Assembly: GCF_001194135.2 (NCBI RefSeq)
Contig: NC_068984.1
Span: 141,326,946 to 141,390,945, forward strand
Length of the DNA: 64,000 bases
Source of the DNA: Octopus bimaculoides
Lineage: Eukaryota
Direction: 5' to 3'
Both the position numbers and the translations under genes were made by a program. Numbering within the stretch: position 1 is the first letter of the stretch; each line of letters starts with the position of its first letter. The notes beneath the pieces were generated by a model. The model saw only the letters and a list, made by a program, of their open reading frames with translations. It did not search any database and was not told where the DNA came from. Below are positions 61,719-64,000 of the stretch, piece after piece.

Positions 61719-63815
61719 CACCATGTATACTGGGTACCTCCTCTCTCTCTACATGAGTATGTATCTAGCTCTGTCTCTCCATGCATATTTGTATGTATAT
61801 TGCTGTCTCTCTCTGTCTGTCTCTCTCTCTCTGTCTCTCTCTTTCTCTCTCTCCATGCCTGTGTACATGTTTCTACCCACCTCCTCTCTCAGGGTGCCAG
61901 CGGCAAGTATGTGTGGTAGGGATTGTTACATGATAATAAAAGTGGTGGATGTAGTAGTAGTAGTCGTCTTGGTAGTGTTGGTGGTAGTAGATAGTGGTGG
62001 TGGTGGTGGTGGCATTAAAGGCAATAGCCGTTGTTTAGCCCTGAGTCTCTGCTCTGCCCAAGCAGATGCATGATCAAAGACATTCCAGCCATGATCACCC
62101 TGTCTTGTAGCAATGGATATAGTATGTCTATCTAGGGCTACACTAACCAGTGTGTCCTCTCCTTATTTATGACTTGAGGATATGAGCGAAGGGAGATTTC
62201 ATTGCTATTTCTAGCAGGGCGACTGACCATGTGGGAACTCAGGCATTGGTTTGTAATAGGGACAGTAAATGGTGGAGGTGGTGGTGGTGGTGGTGAAGTA
62301 GATAATGGTAGTGGTGGTAGTAGTAGAGGTACTACTGCACCTGCTGTTCATCAGTGATGGTGGTGGTTGGGTGTGTTGGGAGGGGTTTACTTGCAGGTGA
62401 TATCCTTCTCCTCCTCCTGTCAAGGTCTTCTGACTGGGTGTTGGTACTAGGGTGGAGGGTTAGGTAGTGTGGTGGAGAGAGAGAGAGAGAAGAGGAGGTG
62501 CAGTCAGCAGAGTGTGAGGTGATAAGAAAGAGAGTTGATTGCTGGTTGAAGAGAAAGAAAGAAAGAAATGAGAGATAAAGAGATAAAGGAGGTGGGTAGG
62601 GGGGGGGGCAGAGATAGTAAAAAAGGGAGTGGAAGGAAGTGGGGTGGGGAGAGATACAGGGGGTGTGATAGGTGGGGGTGTAGTAGTGTTTTTTTATTTT
62701 AATTGCTTTTAATTGCTTTTACTGAATTAAAAATGTTGTTGAGAAGTTCCAATTGCATTTTAGCAACATCAGCTCTAACTGCTGCCGAAAGAGGTTAATG
62801 TATAGACATGAGTGGGTTCTTAACCAGGATCCATACGGACCCCAGGGGTCATATGGATTTTGTTGTTCAAGATTATATCTGCAATAAATCGCTTATACTT
62901 CTACAATACACAAAATATTTAAATTCCTTCATGCAATTCCTTGTAATATTTAGTTATAAAAATATCTTTTCTGCTCTAGGCTCAAAAGTTTTGGGAGAAG
63001 GGGCCAGTGAATTAGATCGACCCCAGTATGCAACTGGTACTTAATTTTATCAGCCTGGAAAGGATGAAAGGCAAAGTTGATCTCAGTGGAATTTGTTCAT
63101 CATCATCGTCGTTTAACGTCCGCTTTCCATGCTAGCAAGGGTTGGACGATTTGACTGAGGACTGGTGAACCAGATGGCTACACCAGGCTCCAATCTGATT
63201 TGGCAGAGTTTCTACAGCTGGATACCCTTCCTAACGCCAACCACTCCGAGAGTGTAGTGGGTGCTTTTACGTGCCACCTGCACAGGAGCCAGTTCGGCGG
63301 CACTGGCAACGACCTCACTCGAATGTCTTATGGAATGGTTATGGAGGGTCTACCTGAGGAATCGAAGGGGGTCCATAAGGAAAAAAGGGATTGAGAACCA
63401 CTGATATACAGATTATTTTTGGTGTAATTCCTGCAGGTCAACCTGCTTGAAGATTTATGATTAAAGATTTAAGCCATAGCCTGATTAAGTCAGACATGAT
63501 TGAGTAGCAACATGAGTAAAGATATTTTAGTTCTAGTTATTGGTTGGTTCTGATTGAGTAGATATATGGTTAAAGCTCGTGGTTATAAAGCTTACACCGA
63601 GGACCGCATAAGCATTGTTTCCTTCCAATTTTTTTCTTTTAAGACACTGTGGTGTGATTTGAGGGAGATTTGGTTATCAGTTTATCAGGTCAGTCAGCAA
63701 TATAAAGCAGGGTTCCACGAGAAGGACTGTGATAAGCTAATGCTAATTTCATGATATATATATATATATATATATATAATTATAAATATACAGGGATTAG
63801 CAATTGAGTTGCTTC

Positions 63816-64000
63816 TCCAACATACTGAAAATTTAGAAATAGCAGTCAAAGAACTACTGATTCCAAACTACAAATTTTCTCTAAAGTGGATGGCGATATT
63901 TATGGCACACATAGAACAAAAAACATCCACTTTAGAGAAAATTTGTAGTTTGGAATCAGTAGTTCTTTGACTGCTATTTCTAAATTTTCAGTATGTTGGA
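63816..64000. repeat. Perfect inverted repeat with 77-bp arms and a 31-nt spacer (may extend beyond the window)
   Basis: 63816-63892 is the exact reverse complement of 63924-64000, checked base by base. Confidence 0.95.

Noticed and set aside
41040-64000. Search for the next LRCH exon (expected ELxxLPLxxxDFSxN.., phase 1)
   Set aside because: Candidate acceptors checked by eye (about 43833, 52966, 57072, 57937) give no LRR-like translation. The exon is probably beyond the window or in a gap.

Overview
AT-rich, microsatellite-dense animal genomic DNA from a gapped draft scaffold (nine N-runs). The repeat complement suggests an Octopus genome (inference from remembered repeat motifs, not a search). 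The window lies inside one + strand gene. Three short coding exons (2863-3007, 32023-32152, 40934-41039) splice in frame into the leucine-rich-repeat region of an LRCH (LRR and calponin-homology domain) protein. I found no start exon and no further exons in the window. The remaining ~99% is intron, packed with mobile-element debris: tRNA-derived SINE families, RTE-clade LINE fragments (one young copy with an apparent TSD), decayed Hero-like and R4/Dong-like LINEs, hAT-, piggyBac- and mariner-type MITEs, and a Helentron-type element. Most ORFs in the supplied track are microsatellite, SINE or gap artefacts. The most unusual signals are: two minimal hammerhead-ribozyme-like folds (one inside a Pol III tRNA-headed short element), a perfect 77-bp inverted repeat at the window end, a piggyBac-like MITE whose halves are reshuffled exactly at TTAA sites, and RTE 3' ends carrying variable tandem repeats. 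Most repeat boundaries are approximate.
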